Shown piece by piece: positions 28,022 through 37,902 of a stretch of DNA of 64,000 nt (position 1 is the first letter of the stretch; the number at the start of each line of letters is the position of its first letter). The notes beneath the pieces are model-generated. The model did no database searches. It was not told where the DNA came from and was given only the letters and a program-made list of their open reading frames with translations. Location of the stretch: contig JAVZYK010000001.1 in NCBI GenBank assembly GCA_038886195.1, positions 80,339-144,338 of the forward strand. The letters are read 5' to 3'. Source of the DNA: Candidatus Pacearchaeota archaeon. Lineage in GTDB: Archaea; Nanobdellota; Nanobdellia; Pacearchaeales; UBA284. The position numbers were made by a program, and so were the translations under genes.

Positions 28022-28732
28022 TTAACCCATATAGCTCAATTGTTTCTTTTCTTTTTCTGTTTTGACTTCAGCGAGTTTTGTAAATAAATCCCGTAATTTT
28101 TCTTCGAATTCTTTGGCTTTTTGGAAAAGCGGTTTAGGATCGATTGTCAAGCCAAGATATTTATCAAGAATTTCTATTAGCTTTGCAGCTCCTTTGTTGT
28201 CGGGAAGTTCAGAATGAGTTTCAACAAAAAAACATGTCAATGGAGTTTCTTTCATTTTCATTAATAATGCTCCAGTTACTCCTATTATTATACCTTCATC
28301 TAAAGGCTTAACTTTCATTGCTTGAATCGCTTTCTTTTTTTCTTCTCTATTGGTATAAAAAAATGTCTGCGGTTCTTTTATCTGGACTGTTGATGCAACG
28401 CCCTCTAATCCAATAAACTCTTTAGCTTTCAATTCTTTGGCCAACCTCACTAAAGTGTCGGCAATCTCCCATTCTAAGCCATCAACTGGAGTTACTGCTT
28501 GAACAAGCAAAATGTTTGTTTTTTTATCATAAAAAATTTCTAAAGGATATATTAAAGAAGATTTGTGAATTGCAGCAACGGGCATTATTTTCTCACTAGT
28601 TATTCTACCTATTGGCTTTGCGCCAAGATGCCTTATAAGAAACTCTGTCGCAATAGTTGAAACAAAACCGAAACCAGGAAAGCCTTCTATAATTATAGGT
28701 CTTTCAGGCCTTTCATCAAGTTCAATTCTCAT
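28022..28732 (-). CDS. PAC2-family (proteasome assembly chaperone-like) protein
   Basis: 236 aa. N-terminal IIIEGFPGFGFVSTIA matches the G(F/L)PGxGxVG motif of archaeal PAC2/PbaA-like proteins. Confidence 0.6.
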   Translation of the reverse strand: MRIELDERPERPIIIEGFPGFGFVSTIATEFLIRHLGAKPIGRITSEKIMPVAAIHKSSLIYPLEIFYDKKTNILLVQAVTPVDGLEWEIADTLVRLAKELKAKEFIGLEGVASTVQIKEPQTFFYTNREEKKKAIQAMKVKPLDEGIIIGVTGALLMKMKETPLTCFFVETHSELPDNKGAAKLIEILDKYLGLTIDPKPLFQKAKEFEEKLRDLFTKLAEVKTEKEKKQLSYMG

Positions 28733-28812
28733 TTTTCCTCTTTTTTATTAGTGCTAAAAGTTGATAAGGTTTATAAAGCTTTTTGCTTTTTTACAGAACA
28801 GAAAAATTAAAA

Positions 28813-30504
28813 ATGGAAGTAGAATATAAGCTAAAAGAGGTGCTGAAAAAAATAACCGGTTTGAAGGAAATAAGTTTAGAAATTCCTAAACCTGAATTTG
28901 GAGACTACGCCTTTGCTTGTTTTTCTTTAGCTAGAGAACAGAAAAAAAATCCGAATAATGTTGCTAAAGAGCTCGTCGAAAAATTGCAATCACAATTACC
29001 TAAAGAAATCTCTAAAATTGAAGCAGTTAATGGTTATATAAATTTTTCAGTTGATAAATCTAATTTTTTAAAAGCTGTTATTGAAAAAATTCTTAAAGAT
29101 AAAGAAAAATTCGGTTCGTTGAATTTAAAAGGAAAAGCATTAATTGAGCATACTAGTATTAATCCGAACGCATCACCTCATGTTGGCAGGATAAGGAATG
29201 CGATAATTGGCGATATTCTAGCAAGGCTCTTAAGATTTCACGGCTATAAAACAGAGGTACATTATTATGTTAATGATGTCTCAAAACAGATGGCTTTGCT
29301 TGTGCTTGGCTCAAAAGGGAATGAAACTTTTGATGATTTGTTGAAACTTTATGTTGAAATGTCAAAAAAAATGGAATCGGATCCTGAAATTGAAAAGAAA
29401 GTTTTCGAAATTTTAGAAAAAATAGAAAAGAAAGATAAAGAAACTATTGCTAAATTAAATAGGCTTGTTAAAATAGCCATTGAGGGTCAAAGAAATATTT
29501 TAGCTAAATTAGGAATATTTTATGATTCGTTTGATTATGAATCAAAATATCTTGAAAAAGGAAAGTTAAAAGATGTTTTAAAACAGTTTGAAAAAACTAA
29601 GAGGTTAGAAAAAGATGTAGAAGGCCGTTATGTTTTAAATCAAAGCAACATGAAATGGCAATTTGAAAAAGAGATGAAATCGCCTATTCTAGTTTTGACC
29701 AGAAGCGATGGTACTGGACTTTATGTTTTAAGAGACATTGCCTATACTATTGACAAAATGAAAAAAGCTCCAGTCAACATCATTGTTCTCGGCGAAGATC
29801 ATAAACTTTATTTTAAACAACTAACAGCCGCTTTGGAATTGCTTGGTTACAATGCTCCTAGAGTGGTGCATTATTCTTTTATTCTTCTTAAAACAAAAAA
29901 AGGTGTCAAAAAAATGTCTACAAGGAGAGGAGAGATCATTCTTGTGAGTGATTTTGTTGAGGAGGCTATAAAAAAAGCTGAGAAAGAAATTAAAAAAAGG
30001 AAAAGAGAAAACAAGATTGATTTGAAAAAAGTAGCGGAAGCAATTGCAATAGGGGCAATTCGTTATAGTATTGCAAAGGTTGAACAAGATAAAGGAATTT
30101 TATTTGATTGGAATGAAGCTTTGAATTTTGAAGGCAATTCAGGACCTTATTTACAATACGTTTATGCTAGAGCTTCGAATATTTTGAAAAAATTAGAAGA
30201 AAAAAAAGGAAAGTTAAAAGAGGCAAGTTATAATGATATTAATGATAAAGAATATACTCTTGCTAAAGAACTTTCTTTATTTCCAGAAATAACTAAAATT
30301 TCTTTAGAACAATTAAAACCTTATTTGCTTTGTAATTACGCTTATAAGTTAGCCCAACTGTTTAACGATTTTTATGAATCTTGTCCTGTAATCAATGCTG
30401 AAGCAGGAATCAAAGAACGGAGAGTTTCATTGGTTAGAGCTACAAAACAAGTTTTAGCCAATGTTCTTAATATTATTGGAGTCCCAGTTCTTGAGGCAAT
30501 GTAA
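28813..30504 (+). CDS. argS: arginyl-tRNA synthetase
   Basis: The track start at 28783 is a TTG. ATG at 28813 gives MEVEYKLKE.... Class I HIGH-type motif (NPNASPHVGRIRNAIIGD), KMSK-like MSTRRGE region, C-terminal DALR anticodon-binding region. Confidence 0.85.
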   Translation: MEVEYKLKEVLKKITGLKEISLEIPKPEFGDYAFACFSLAREQKKNPNNVAKELVEKLQSQLPKEISKIEAVNGYINFSVDKSNFLKAVIEKILKDKEKFGSLNLKGKALIEHTSINPNASPHVGRIRNAIIGDILARLLRFHGYKTEVHYYVNDVSKQMALLVLGSKGNETFDDLLKLYVEMSKKMESDPEIEKKVFEILEKIEKKDKETIAKLNRLVKIAIEGQRNILAKLGIFYDSFDYESKYLEKGKLKDVLKQFEKTKRLEKDVEGRYVLNQSNMKWQFEKEMKSPILVLTRSDGTGLYVLRDIAYTIDKMKKAPVNIIVLGEDHKLYFKQLTAALELLGYNAPRVVHYSFILLKTKKGVKKMSTRRGEIILVSDFVEEAIKKAEKEIKKRKRENKIDLKKVAEAIAIGAIRYSIAKVEQDKGILFDWNEALNFEGNSGPYLQYVYARASNILKKLEEKKGKLKEASYNDINDKEYTLAKELSLFPEITKISLEQLKPYLLCNYAYKLAQLFNDFYESCPVINAEAGIKERRVSLVRATKQVLANVLNIIGVPVLEAM

Positions 30505-30548
30505 TATTTAACTGTAATGTTTTTATATTTTGTCTTTTTAATTATTTT

Positions 30549-31865
30549 ATGTCTTATAATGTTTATGTTGAAACTTATGGCTGTAGTGCGAATCAGAGCA
30601 ATTCAGAAATAATGAAGGGAATTCTAGCCAGTCATGGCTTTAATATAGTTAGCAATGAAAATATCGCTGACGTTGTAATTATAAACAGTTGCATAGTTAA
30701 AGGACCAACACTCAAGAAAATGGAAGAAAGAATAAAGCATTTTTCTATAAAAAAAGCAAAATTAATTGTTGCCGGTTGTATGCCTGAAGTTTTTTTAGAC
30801 CGAATTAAGAAGTTTGCTCCAGAAGCTTCTATTGTAAGCGTTCATCATATTAAAGATATTATAAAGGCTGTGAAAGGTATTTTAGAGAATAAACGTTTAG
30901 AATTTGTTGGAAAAACTAAAGAAATAAAATTAAATTTGCCTAGAATTTCTGAAAATAAAACAATTGGAATAATTCAGATTGCTCAAGGCTGCATAAATGA
31001 TTGTAGTTATTGTATTGTTAAACGGGTTAAAGGCAATTTGTTTTCTTATCCTATAGAAAGTATTATCAAAGATGTTAAAAATGCTTTAGCGCAAGGATGT
31101 AAAGAGATATGGTTGACAAGTCAAGATAATGCCTGTTATGGAGTAGATAGAGGGAATAATGAATTGTCTTTATTATTAAAAGAAATTTTAAGTTTAAAAG
31201 GCAGGTTTTTTGTTCGTTTAGGAATGATGAATCCTTCGTCTCTTTTGCCGATCGTAGATGATATTATAGAATGTTATAAAAGCGATAAAATGTTTAAATT
31301 TTTACATTTACCTGTTCAAAGCGGTTCAGACAGAATATTGAAATTAATGAATAGGAATTATAAAGTAAAAGATTTTTTATTTATAGTTAATAAATTTAGG
31401 AATACATTTCCTGAACTAAATTTGAGCACAGATATAATAGTTGGTTTTCCCGGCGAGACTAGAGAAGATTTTAGAAAAACTTTAGAACTTGTTGAAAAAA
31501 TTAGGCCAGATATAATTAATGTTTCAAAATTCTGGCCAATGCCAGGAACTAAAGCAGCTACATTGAAACAAATCGATGAAAAAGAAAAAAAGAAAAGAGC
31601 AACTAAATTAATGAAATTGCATAACAAAATAGCTCTTGAGAAAAATAAAGAATTCGTTGGAAAAAAGATGAAAATTCTAATTGATGAAAAAGGTTTTAAT
31701 GATAAAAACAGCAAAAGTTTTTTAGGAAGGAATGAAAGTTATAAACTTGTTGTGGTTAAGTTTTTAGAGAACTGCAGAGAAAATTTAATTGGAAAATTTG
31801 TTAATGTTAAAATTACAGATTATAGAAATCATTACCTAATTGGAACTTTAGAGACTAAAAGATAG
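30549..31865 (+). CDS. radical-SAM methylthiotransferase, MiaB/MtaB (e-MtaB, CDKAL1-like) family
   Basis: 438 aa. N-terminal MTTase domain (VETYGCSANQ), radical SAM CxxxCxxC (GCINDCSYC), C-terminal TRAM-like region. Confidence 0.8.
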   Translation: MSYNVYVETYGCSANQSNSEIMKGILASHGFNIVSNENIADVVIINSCIVKGPTLKKMEERIKHFSIKKAKLIVAGCMPEVFLDRIKKFAPEASIVSVHHIKDIIKAVKGILENKRLEFVGKTKEIKLNLPRISENKTIGIIQIAQGCINDCSYCIVKRVKGNLFSYPIESIIKDVKNALAQGCKEIWLTSQDNACYGVDRGNNELSLLLKEILSLKGRFFVRLGMMNPSSLLPIVDDIIECYKSDKMFKFLHLPVQSGSDRILKLMNRNYKVKDFLFIVNKFRNTFPELNLSTDIIVGFPGETREDFRKTLELVEKIRPDIINVSKFWPMPGTKAATLKQIDEKEKKKRATKLMKLHNKIALEKNKEFVGKKMKILIDEKGFNDKNSKSFLGRNESYKLVVVKFLENCRENLIGKFVNVKITDYRNHYLIGTLETKR

Positions 31866-31969
31866 AGACTAAAAAATAAATTTTAAATATAAAAACAAGT
31901 ATAATTATTTCTTCGTTCTACCTCTTTTTTGTTCTTGAGCAGGCCCGCTTTATTGCGGCAGCGGTTCTT

Positions 31970-32788
31970 TTATTGTAGTTTAACTTTATTCAAAGGAGTC
32001 ATCTTTTCCCATGATGAATCAAAAATTTGTGCTATTGCGTTAGCGAAGAATGGACTATTGATCCAAACTCCTACATCGTAATTTGGATGTACCTCTTCAT
32101 CGTCTAAGATTAAAAACATAAGTTCTTTGTTGTCTGTTAGCGCGAATCTTGCCTTTATTTTGCCGTGTTTCACTTCTGCTATTTTGCTAAGTTCTTTAGC
32201 AATCTTATAGTTTTTTGGTGTTATGGGCGCCGCTATTCTTACACTCACTCCTCTTTTTTTTGCTCTTTCTATGGCAGCTTTCAAACTTTCAAATTTTCTA
32301 TTTAAACCATCTGCTGTTGTAGCTATTGTTACATTCTTTGTGGCATTTCTAATCATCATATCTAAATGATTGTAAATGTTGTGTCTACCCCTGATAGCAC
32401 CACTCAAGTCTGTAGGTTCAATATATTTTATTCCTGTCGTATATAGTTGATTTAATTCTTGAAGTACGTCGCTGTTTTTTAGTTCGTCTAATCTTTTTGA
32501 CATATCTTGCGCTTCTCTTACAACATTTCTCTTAACTCTCTCAACAACTTCGTCTGGTTTTAATGCTACAAATTTTATTGGCTTGCCCAATTTCATCACT
32601 ACAAAACCTTTTTTCTCCAAAGATTCAAGAATGTCATAGGTTCTTGATCGAGGCACTCCAGAAATATCGCTTAACTCGCCTGCTGTTGAAACGCCTCTAG
32701 AAAGCAAAGCAGTCCACACCTTTACTTCGTAGAGATTTAAACCGAAAATCTTGCGAAGTCTGCTCAAAAACTCTTCTTTAACAACCAT
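31970..32788 (-). CDS. TrmB-family transcriptional regulator (paralog 2)
   Basis: 272 aa. N-terminal wHTH nearly identical in pattern to 4864..5652 (VWTALLSRGVSTAGELSDISGVPRSRTYDILESLEKKGF), with a divergent C-terminal domain. Confidence 0.7.
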   Translation of the reverse strand: MVVKEEFLSRLRKIFGLNLYEVKVWTALLSRGVSTAGELSDISGVPRSRTYDILESLEKKGFVVMKLGKPIKFVALKPDEVVERVKRNVVREAQDMSKRLDELKNSDVLQELNQLYTTGIKYIEPTDLSGAIRGRHNIYNHLDMMIRNATKNVTIATTADGLNRKFESLKAAIERAKKRGVSVRIAAPITPKNYKIAKELSKIAEVKHGKIKARFALTDNKELMFLILDDEEVHPNYDVGVWINSPFFANAIAQIFDSSWEKMTPLNKVKLQ

Positions 32789-32869
32789 TTTTATTTACTT
32801 TAGCATAACGATTTTATAGTCATTAGTGTTCTTAATATAGAGTAGTATTTAAAGTTTTCTATACTGAAT

Positions 32870-35773
32870 TTATATTACATCAAAAGATATTTTGACTATT
32901 TTATTTTTTATTTTTTCTTCATAATTATATTTATATTTTTTTGATGATTTTTCGAGTTTTATTTCTACAGCATTGACTTTTTCTTTTATTATTTTTTCAG
33001 AATTTTTAACATATTTTTGCAATAATTCATCTAAGTCTAAAGTAAGCATTATTTTTTGCTCTTTTGTTAACCCTGCTTTTTTTCTTGTTTCTTGTATTGC
33101 TCTCATTAGTTCGCGAACATAGCCTTCGGCTTCAAGTTCTGGAGTTAGCTTTGTTTCAAGTTCTACTTCTATACCTTCTTTCTTAGTTAGTTTAAACTCA
33201 ATTCTTTTAACATTAACTTGTCTCATTATTATTTCCTGTAGTTCTTTACTTATTTTCTTATTTATTTTAATTGTAAGCAGCGGTAGAGGCCATCTTAATC
33301 CTAGAGATGCAGCTGATCTTAAAGCCAAAGCTTTTTCGATTATTTCTAGCGCTACGGAAAATTCTTTTTCAAGTTGAACATCTATAGCTTTTTCATTTAC
33401 TTTTGGCCATTCGGCCATATGAATCGATTCTTCTTTTAGTCCAAAAGCATTTTTCATTTCTAGGAAAATCGCTTCTGTTATATAAGGACAAACAGGTGCA
33501 AACAGTTTAATTATATTTATCATTGATTCGTAAATCGTATAGAGAACTGCTTCCTTTTCTTTTTCTGAACCTAACGAAGATTTTTCTCGAACAAATTGAA
33601 TATACACTCTACTAAGTTCTAAAAATAAAGTTTCTATTTTTGCAACAATTTCGTCAAGTTTATAATTTTCGTAAAGCTTCGTAACTTCTTTTATTGTTGA
33701 ATTTAGACGTGAAAGAATATATTTTTCTTCAATCGAAAGTTCTGGTTTAATTTTTACAGGATTTTTATTGATTAGTTTGGCGAGTTCAAGCAAATAATTT
33801 TTAATATTCCAAAGAACGTTTATATTTCTTTGCTTTTGTTTCATTCCTTCCCATGAAAAATTAAGATTCTCTCCCGCCCTACATTCAGTCATATAATAGC
33901 GGAATAAATCGACACCATATTTGTTAATAACTTCATAAGGAGAAACAACATTGCCAAGAGATTTTGACATTTTCATGCCTTGCCAATCAAGAATCATGCC
34001 ATGAACATATACTGCTTTATAGCAAGATTTTTTTAAAGCTATAAAACTACATATTTGAAGCATAGAAAACCATAATCTAATTTGTTCATTTGCTTCTAGA
34101 ATAAAATCTGCTGGGAACCATTTTTTAAAAAAATCTTTTCTTGAAGGATAATATAAACAATTCCAAGAAGTAGTTCCAGAATCTAACCAAACATCAAGAA
34201 CATCCGGAATTCTAGTCATTGAATTTTTACATTTAGGACAATTTAACTTTACAGAATCAATCCAAGGTCTATGCAAATCTTCTGGCAATTTATTTTGAGA
34301 TTTTTCTTTAAGTTCTTCAATAGAGCCTATAACTTCTATTGTTTTACAATTAGGATTAGAACATTCCCATATAGGCACAGGGGTTCCCCAAAATCTTTGT
34401 CTTGTAATACTATTATCTTTTAATGATTTTATCCATGAATCGAAAGCATCTTTAGCCCATTTCGGAACCCATCTAACTGATTGATTCGCTTTTATTATAT
34501 CTGGAATTAAATCTTCTATTTTTAGAAACCATTGTTCTGTTGCTCTAAAGATTACGGGATTGTGGCATCTCCAGCACAGAGGATATTCGTGTTCAACTTC
34601 TGTGGTGGCAAGTAAGGATCCTTTGACTTTTAACATGTTTATTATTTTATCATCATCTTTTTTTGCTGTAAAACCCTTTAAGAAATTAATTTCAGTTAAA
34701 CATCCTTTTTCATCTAAAGTATTAAAAGGAGGAATGTCATATTTTTGTCCAACTTCAAAATCTTCAGGCCCACATCCTGGAGCACAATGAACAAGGCCCG
34801 TACCAGCATCTGTCGTTACATATTCTTCGCTTAATACAACTGTATGAACGTTTTTGTGTTTTTTCTTTAAGTCATCAAAAATATTTTTCATTTCTTGATA
34901 AAATGGATGTTCATATTCAATACCTTCAAGTTCTTTACCTTTTATTTCTTCAATTATTTTAAATTTCTTTTCAAAAACACTAGTCATAACAACATTTGCT
35001 AAAGCCTTGGCCAGAATCCAAATTTCGCCCTTTTCTTCTCCTTCTTCAATCTGAACTTTTACATATTCAATTTCGGGATTAACCATTACAGCAAGATTAT
35101 AAGGAATTGTCCAAGGAGTTGTTGTCCATATTATTAGATATTCTTTAGATTTGTTTTTTAGTTTAAATTTTAGGAAAATGCTTTTGTCTTTAACGCTTTC
35201 ATATTCAAGTTCATGTTTTGCGAGAGCTGTTTCACAACTTGCACACCAATGCATAATTTTCTTTCCTTTGTAAAGTCTTTTTTGTTCCCAAGCTTTTTTG
35301 ATAAGAAACCATTCATTGCTCATGAACTCATTATCTATTGGTTTATAAGCATTCTTGAAATCCATCCAGACCGCAAGTTTCCACAAGTCTCGGTTCATTT
35401 CAGCCAATCTTGCTAAGGAGTAGTTTTTACATTCTATGTTAAATTTGTCTAAACCGAACTTCAGAATTTCTTTTTTATCTTTAAGTTTGAGTAGTTTTTG
35501 AACGGCATTTTCTGTTGGCAAGCCATGCATATCGTAGCCGGCACGATCCCAAACATTAAAACCTTGCATTCTTTTGAATCTTAAAACAGTATCTTTTAAG
35601 CAATTATTCCAAGCATGTCCTATATGAAGATAACCTGATGTGTAAGGAGGGCCTTGTAAGAAATAAAATTTCTTTCCTCTTTTGTTTTTTTCTTTAACTT
35701 TTTCATATATTTTATTTTTATTCCAAAATTCCAATATTTCTTCCTCTTTAGTTTTAAAGTCATATATAGTCAT
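32870..35773 (-). CDS. ileS: isoleucyl-tRNA synthetase
   Basis: 967 aa. HIGH region (PPYTSGYLHIGHAWN), GYDMHGLPTE, CWRCHNPVIFRATEQWF, ITRQRFWGTPVPIW, Zn ribbon CPKC...DVLDVWLDSG, KMSKS. This motif combination matches IleRS better than ValRS or LeuRS. Confidence 0.85.
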   Translation of the reverse strand: MTIYDFKTKEEEILEFWNKNKIYEKVKEKNKRGKKFYFLQGPPYTSGYLHIGHAWNNCLKDTVLRFKRMQGFNVWDRAGYDMHGLPTENAVQKLLKLKDKKEILKFGLDKFNIECKNYSLARLAEMNRDLWKLAVWMDFKNAYKPIDNEFMSNEWFLIKKAWEQKRLYKGKKIMHWCASCETALAKHELEYESVKDKSIFLKFKLKNKSKEYLIIWTTTPWTIPYNLAVMVNPEIEYVKVQIEEGEEKGEIWILAKALANVVMTSVFEKKFKIIEEIKGKELEGIEYEHPFYQEMKNIFDDLKKKHKNVHTVVLSEEYVTTDAGTGLVHCAPGCGPEDFEVGQKYDIPPFNTLDEKGCLTEINFLKGFTAKKDDDKIINMLKVKGSLLATTEVEHEYPLCWRCHNPVIFRATEQWFLKIEDLIPDIIKANQSVRWVPKWAKDAFDSWIKSLKDNSITRQRFWGTPVPIWECSNPNCKTIEVIGSIEELKEKSQNKLPEDLHRPWIDSVKLNCPKCKNSMTRIPDVLDVWLDSGTTSWNCLYYPSRKDFFKKWFPADFILEANEQIRLWFSMLQICSFIALKKSCYKAVYVHGMILDWQGMKMSKSLGNVVSPYEVINKYGVDLFRYYMTECRAGENLNFSWEGMKQKQRNINVLWNIKNYLLELAKLINKNPVKIKPELSIEEKYILSRLNSTIKEVTKLYENYKLDEIVAKIETLFLELSRVYIQFVREKSSLGSEKEKEAVLYTIYESMINIIKLFAPVCPYITEAIFLEMKNAFGLKEESIHMAEWPKVNEKAIDVQLEKEFSVALEIIEKALALRSAASLGLRWPLPLLTIKINKKISKELQEIIMRQVNVKRIEFKLTKKEGIEVELETKLTPELEAEGYVRELMRAIQETRKKAGLTKEQKIMLTLDLDELLQKYVKNSEKIIKEKVNAVEIKLEKSSKKYKYNYEEKIKNKIVKISFDVI

Positions 35774-35864
35774 TTTACAATCAAATATTATAAATTAAAT
35801 TCCTCTTTTTAAATTTTATTTTTAAAATAAAAAAGAGATAAAAATAAAAATAAAAGAAAAAACT

Positions 35865-36050
35865 TTACCAATCTTCATCAATATCTTCTTCTACCTCTTC
35901 ATCCATTTCTTCATCATCAACGTCTTCTGAAAATTCTTCATCTTCTATATCTTCTTCATCTTCTGTTTCTTCCTCTTCTTCATCGAAATCTTCATCTTCT
36001 TCTTCAAAATCTTCTTCATCTTCAATCTCTTCCTCTTTCTTTTTTGACAT
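35865..36050 (-). CDS. highly acidic small protein (D/E about 70%), uncertain
   Basis: 61 aa, essentially poly-D/E, ending in W. GGAGGT lies about 14 nt upstream of the ATG. Could be a real acidic protein or a low-complexity artefact. Confidence 0.3.
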   Translation of the reverse strand: MSKKKEEEIEDEEDFEEEDEDFDEEEEETEDEEDIEDEEFSEDVDDEEMDEEVEEDIDEDW

Positions 36051-36151
36051 CTTAACTTGTAACCTCCATTTAATCAGTTGTTTTTAACAAAAATAAGGGC
36101 TTTATAAATTTTGCTGTTTTCAACGAATCTTATAGAAAAATTTAAAATTTT

Positions 36152-36664
36152 TTATTTAAAGTTTCTAGTGTTAAATACTTTGTTTTTTTCAATTAAAGTT
36201 ATTGCTGCTTTGTCTCCAATTATTTCTACTTTAATAATTTTGTCAGGATTACTTAGATCTACTTTTGGCTTATTGACTACGTCTGTTAGTTTTATGATAA
36301 GGTCTTTAGGATATTCTTTTTTTGTTTCTCTTTTAGCAAGTTCCATTTTCCATTTTTCTTCATTTTTTATTCCTTTTTGAATTTCTGCTATCGTTTTTTG
36401 CATTTCTTTAATTTCTGCTTTACACCAGGCATCAACAGGCCACCAGCTGAATGTATAGTTAAATTTCTCTACATCTTTTTTAATAATTTCAAAAAGCTTG
36501 TCGATTAATTTTCTTGCGTCTTTAACTTTTAGTTGTGCTAAACCGTTGCTTATTTTCATTATTTTTCCACTTTTATCTATTTCTTCTAATAATGCTTCAA
36601 TTTCTTTTTTAGCACTTTCTTGGTGCACTGGGTCAAAAGTAACCAATAAGTTAATTTCGGCCAT
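36152..36664 (-). CDS. predicted RNA-binding protein, THUMP-domain-like
   Basis: 170 aa. The N-terminal MAEINLLVTFDP...E...A..EI and the C-terminal VDLSNPDKIIKVEIIGDKAAITL resemble the stand-alone archaeal THUMP family (COG1818-like). Confidence 0.45.
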   Translation of the reverse strand: MAEINLLVTFDPVHQESAKKEIEALLEEIDKSGKIMKISNGLAQLKVKDARKLIDKLFEIIKKDVEKFNYTFSWWPVDAWCKAEIKEMQKTIAEIQKGIKNEEKWKMELAKRETKKEYPKDLIIKLTDVVNKPKVDLSNPDKIIKVEIIGDKAAITLIEKNKVFNTRNFK

Positions 36665-36739
36665 ATTATTTCTTTAACACCTCCTTATTTAAAATAAAAA
36701 ATATCTATATATAGTTTTCTATATTTTTAAATACTAGTT

Positions 36740-36862
36740 TTTAATCTAAACGGCAGCCATTCTTCTTAGTTTTCTTTTTCTTTTCTCTCGTTTCATGCGC
36801 TTGCGCTGCCACTTCCATCTCATTTGCCTCTTTTTTTTCCAGCGTCTAGATGAGCGCTTCAT
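36740..36862 (-). CDS. very basic K/R/W-rich 40-aa peptide, ribosomal protein L41e-like
   Basis: Absent from the track (under 60 aa). ATG 2 codons after the rpoL stop. MKRSSRRWKKKRQMRWKWQRKRMKREKKKKK... resembles L41e ([25 protein letters not shown]). Confidence 0.35.
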
Positions 36863-36868
36863 TTTAAT

Positions 36869-37141
36869 CTACTTATTTTTCATAGCTTTTTTAAATTCTG
36901 CAAGAAGTTCTTGATTTGTTTTTTTAATTTTTTCTATTGTTTCAAGCAATACCTTTTTAGCTTCTTTTCCGTTAGTTCTTAAGATAAGATGAGGATTCTT
37001 GCTCGGATGTTCGCGCTTCCATGCCGCAAGCTCGGTTGCTTTATCTTGCCATAACATATCTCGCATTAATTCTGCTATCGTAAGATTGTCTATTTCAATT
37101 TCAATAAAATTCTTTTCCTTTTTGATTACTTTAACTTCCAT
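36869..37141 (-). CDS. rpoL: DNA-directed RNA polymerase subunit L (Rpb11-like)
   Basis: 90 aa. FIEIEIDNLTIAELMRDML...ELAAWKREHPSKNPHLILRTNGKEAKKVLLETIEKI fits the RpoL/Rpb11 dimerisation-domain pattern. Confidence 0.7.
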   Translation of the reverse strand: MEVKVIKKEKNFIEIEIDNLTIAELMRDMLWQDKATELAAWKREHPSKNPHLILRTNGKEAKKVLLETIEKIKKTNQELLAEFKKAMKNK

Positions 37142-37172
37142 TTTAATTTATATAGAAGTTTTTTATCGTTAT

Positions 37173-37847
37173 TTAAATCTTTTCTTCATGCTGTTCCTTT
37201 TTTTCTTTATTTTCTTCAGTTAATTCTGTATCAATTTTTTCTTCTATTTCTTTTGTTTCTTTTTTTGATATCAGCTTCATTCTTTCTAGAATATCTCTTA
37301 TAGTGATTCTTTTTGTAGCTTCTGAACTGAAATCTAAAGGAATGTCAGAAACTTCCTCTTGGGAAGGTTGTGAAATTTGTGATGACAATTGAGTTAATGA
37401 TCGCGTAGTTGCTTGAGATTGCGACTGGAAATCTTTAAAATTTTTTTCTACATATTCTTTAAATTCATCTTCATCGAGAACTTCAAATTTTTTTCTTTCT
37501 GTTTTGAAAGATTCTAAAGGCTCTATCGTTGAGGATGTTATTTTGGCTTTTTTTTCTTCATACCTTTTTCTTAAATCTTCAAGTTTAACTGGTTGAGGCC
37601 TCTCGATTCTTTTCGGCATTATTCCTGTCAACCTTCTCATTACATCGCTGACTGTAGTCTTTTCCATCTTTTCAATATTGATATGAGAAGGTTTTTTTAG
37701 AACAATAGCGTTGTTTGCTATAACACATCTGTTACATATTCTTTTAGCTTTTCCGTCTACAATAGCATCTACAAGAAAATCTTTTGTAAGGCATTCTTCG
37801 CATTCTTCTTCAGGTTCATTTCTAAAAGATTTTAAAGACTCAAACAT
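37173..37847 (-). CDS. hypothetical Zn-ribbon protein
   Basis: The track start at 37913 would overlap the divergent GT2 start codon. The internal ATG at 37847 (MFESLKSF...) is more plausible. CEEC...CNRC four-Cys ribbon, then a charged, S/Q-rich region. Confidence 0.4.
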   Translation of the reverse strand: MFESLKSFRNEPEEECEECLTKDFLVDAIVDGKAKRICNRCVIANNAIVLKKPSHINIEKMEKTTVSDVMRRLTGIMPKRIERPQPVKLEDLRKRYEEKKAKITSSTIEPLESFKTERKKFEVLDEDEFKEYVEKNFKDFQSQSQATTRSLTQLSSQISQPSQEEVSDIPLDFSSEATKRITIRDILERMKLISKKETKEIEEKIDTELTEENKEKKEQHEEKI

Positions 37848-37902
37848 TTTTTTTTTTAAGAAAGAAATAAAATTTATAACTTTTAATATTTTTCTATATT
37901 CT

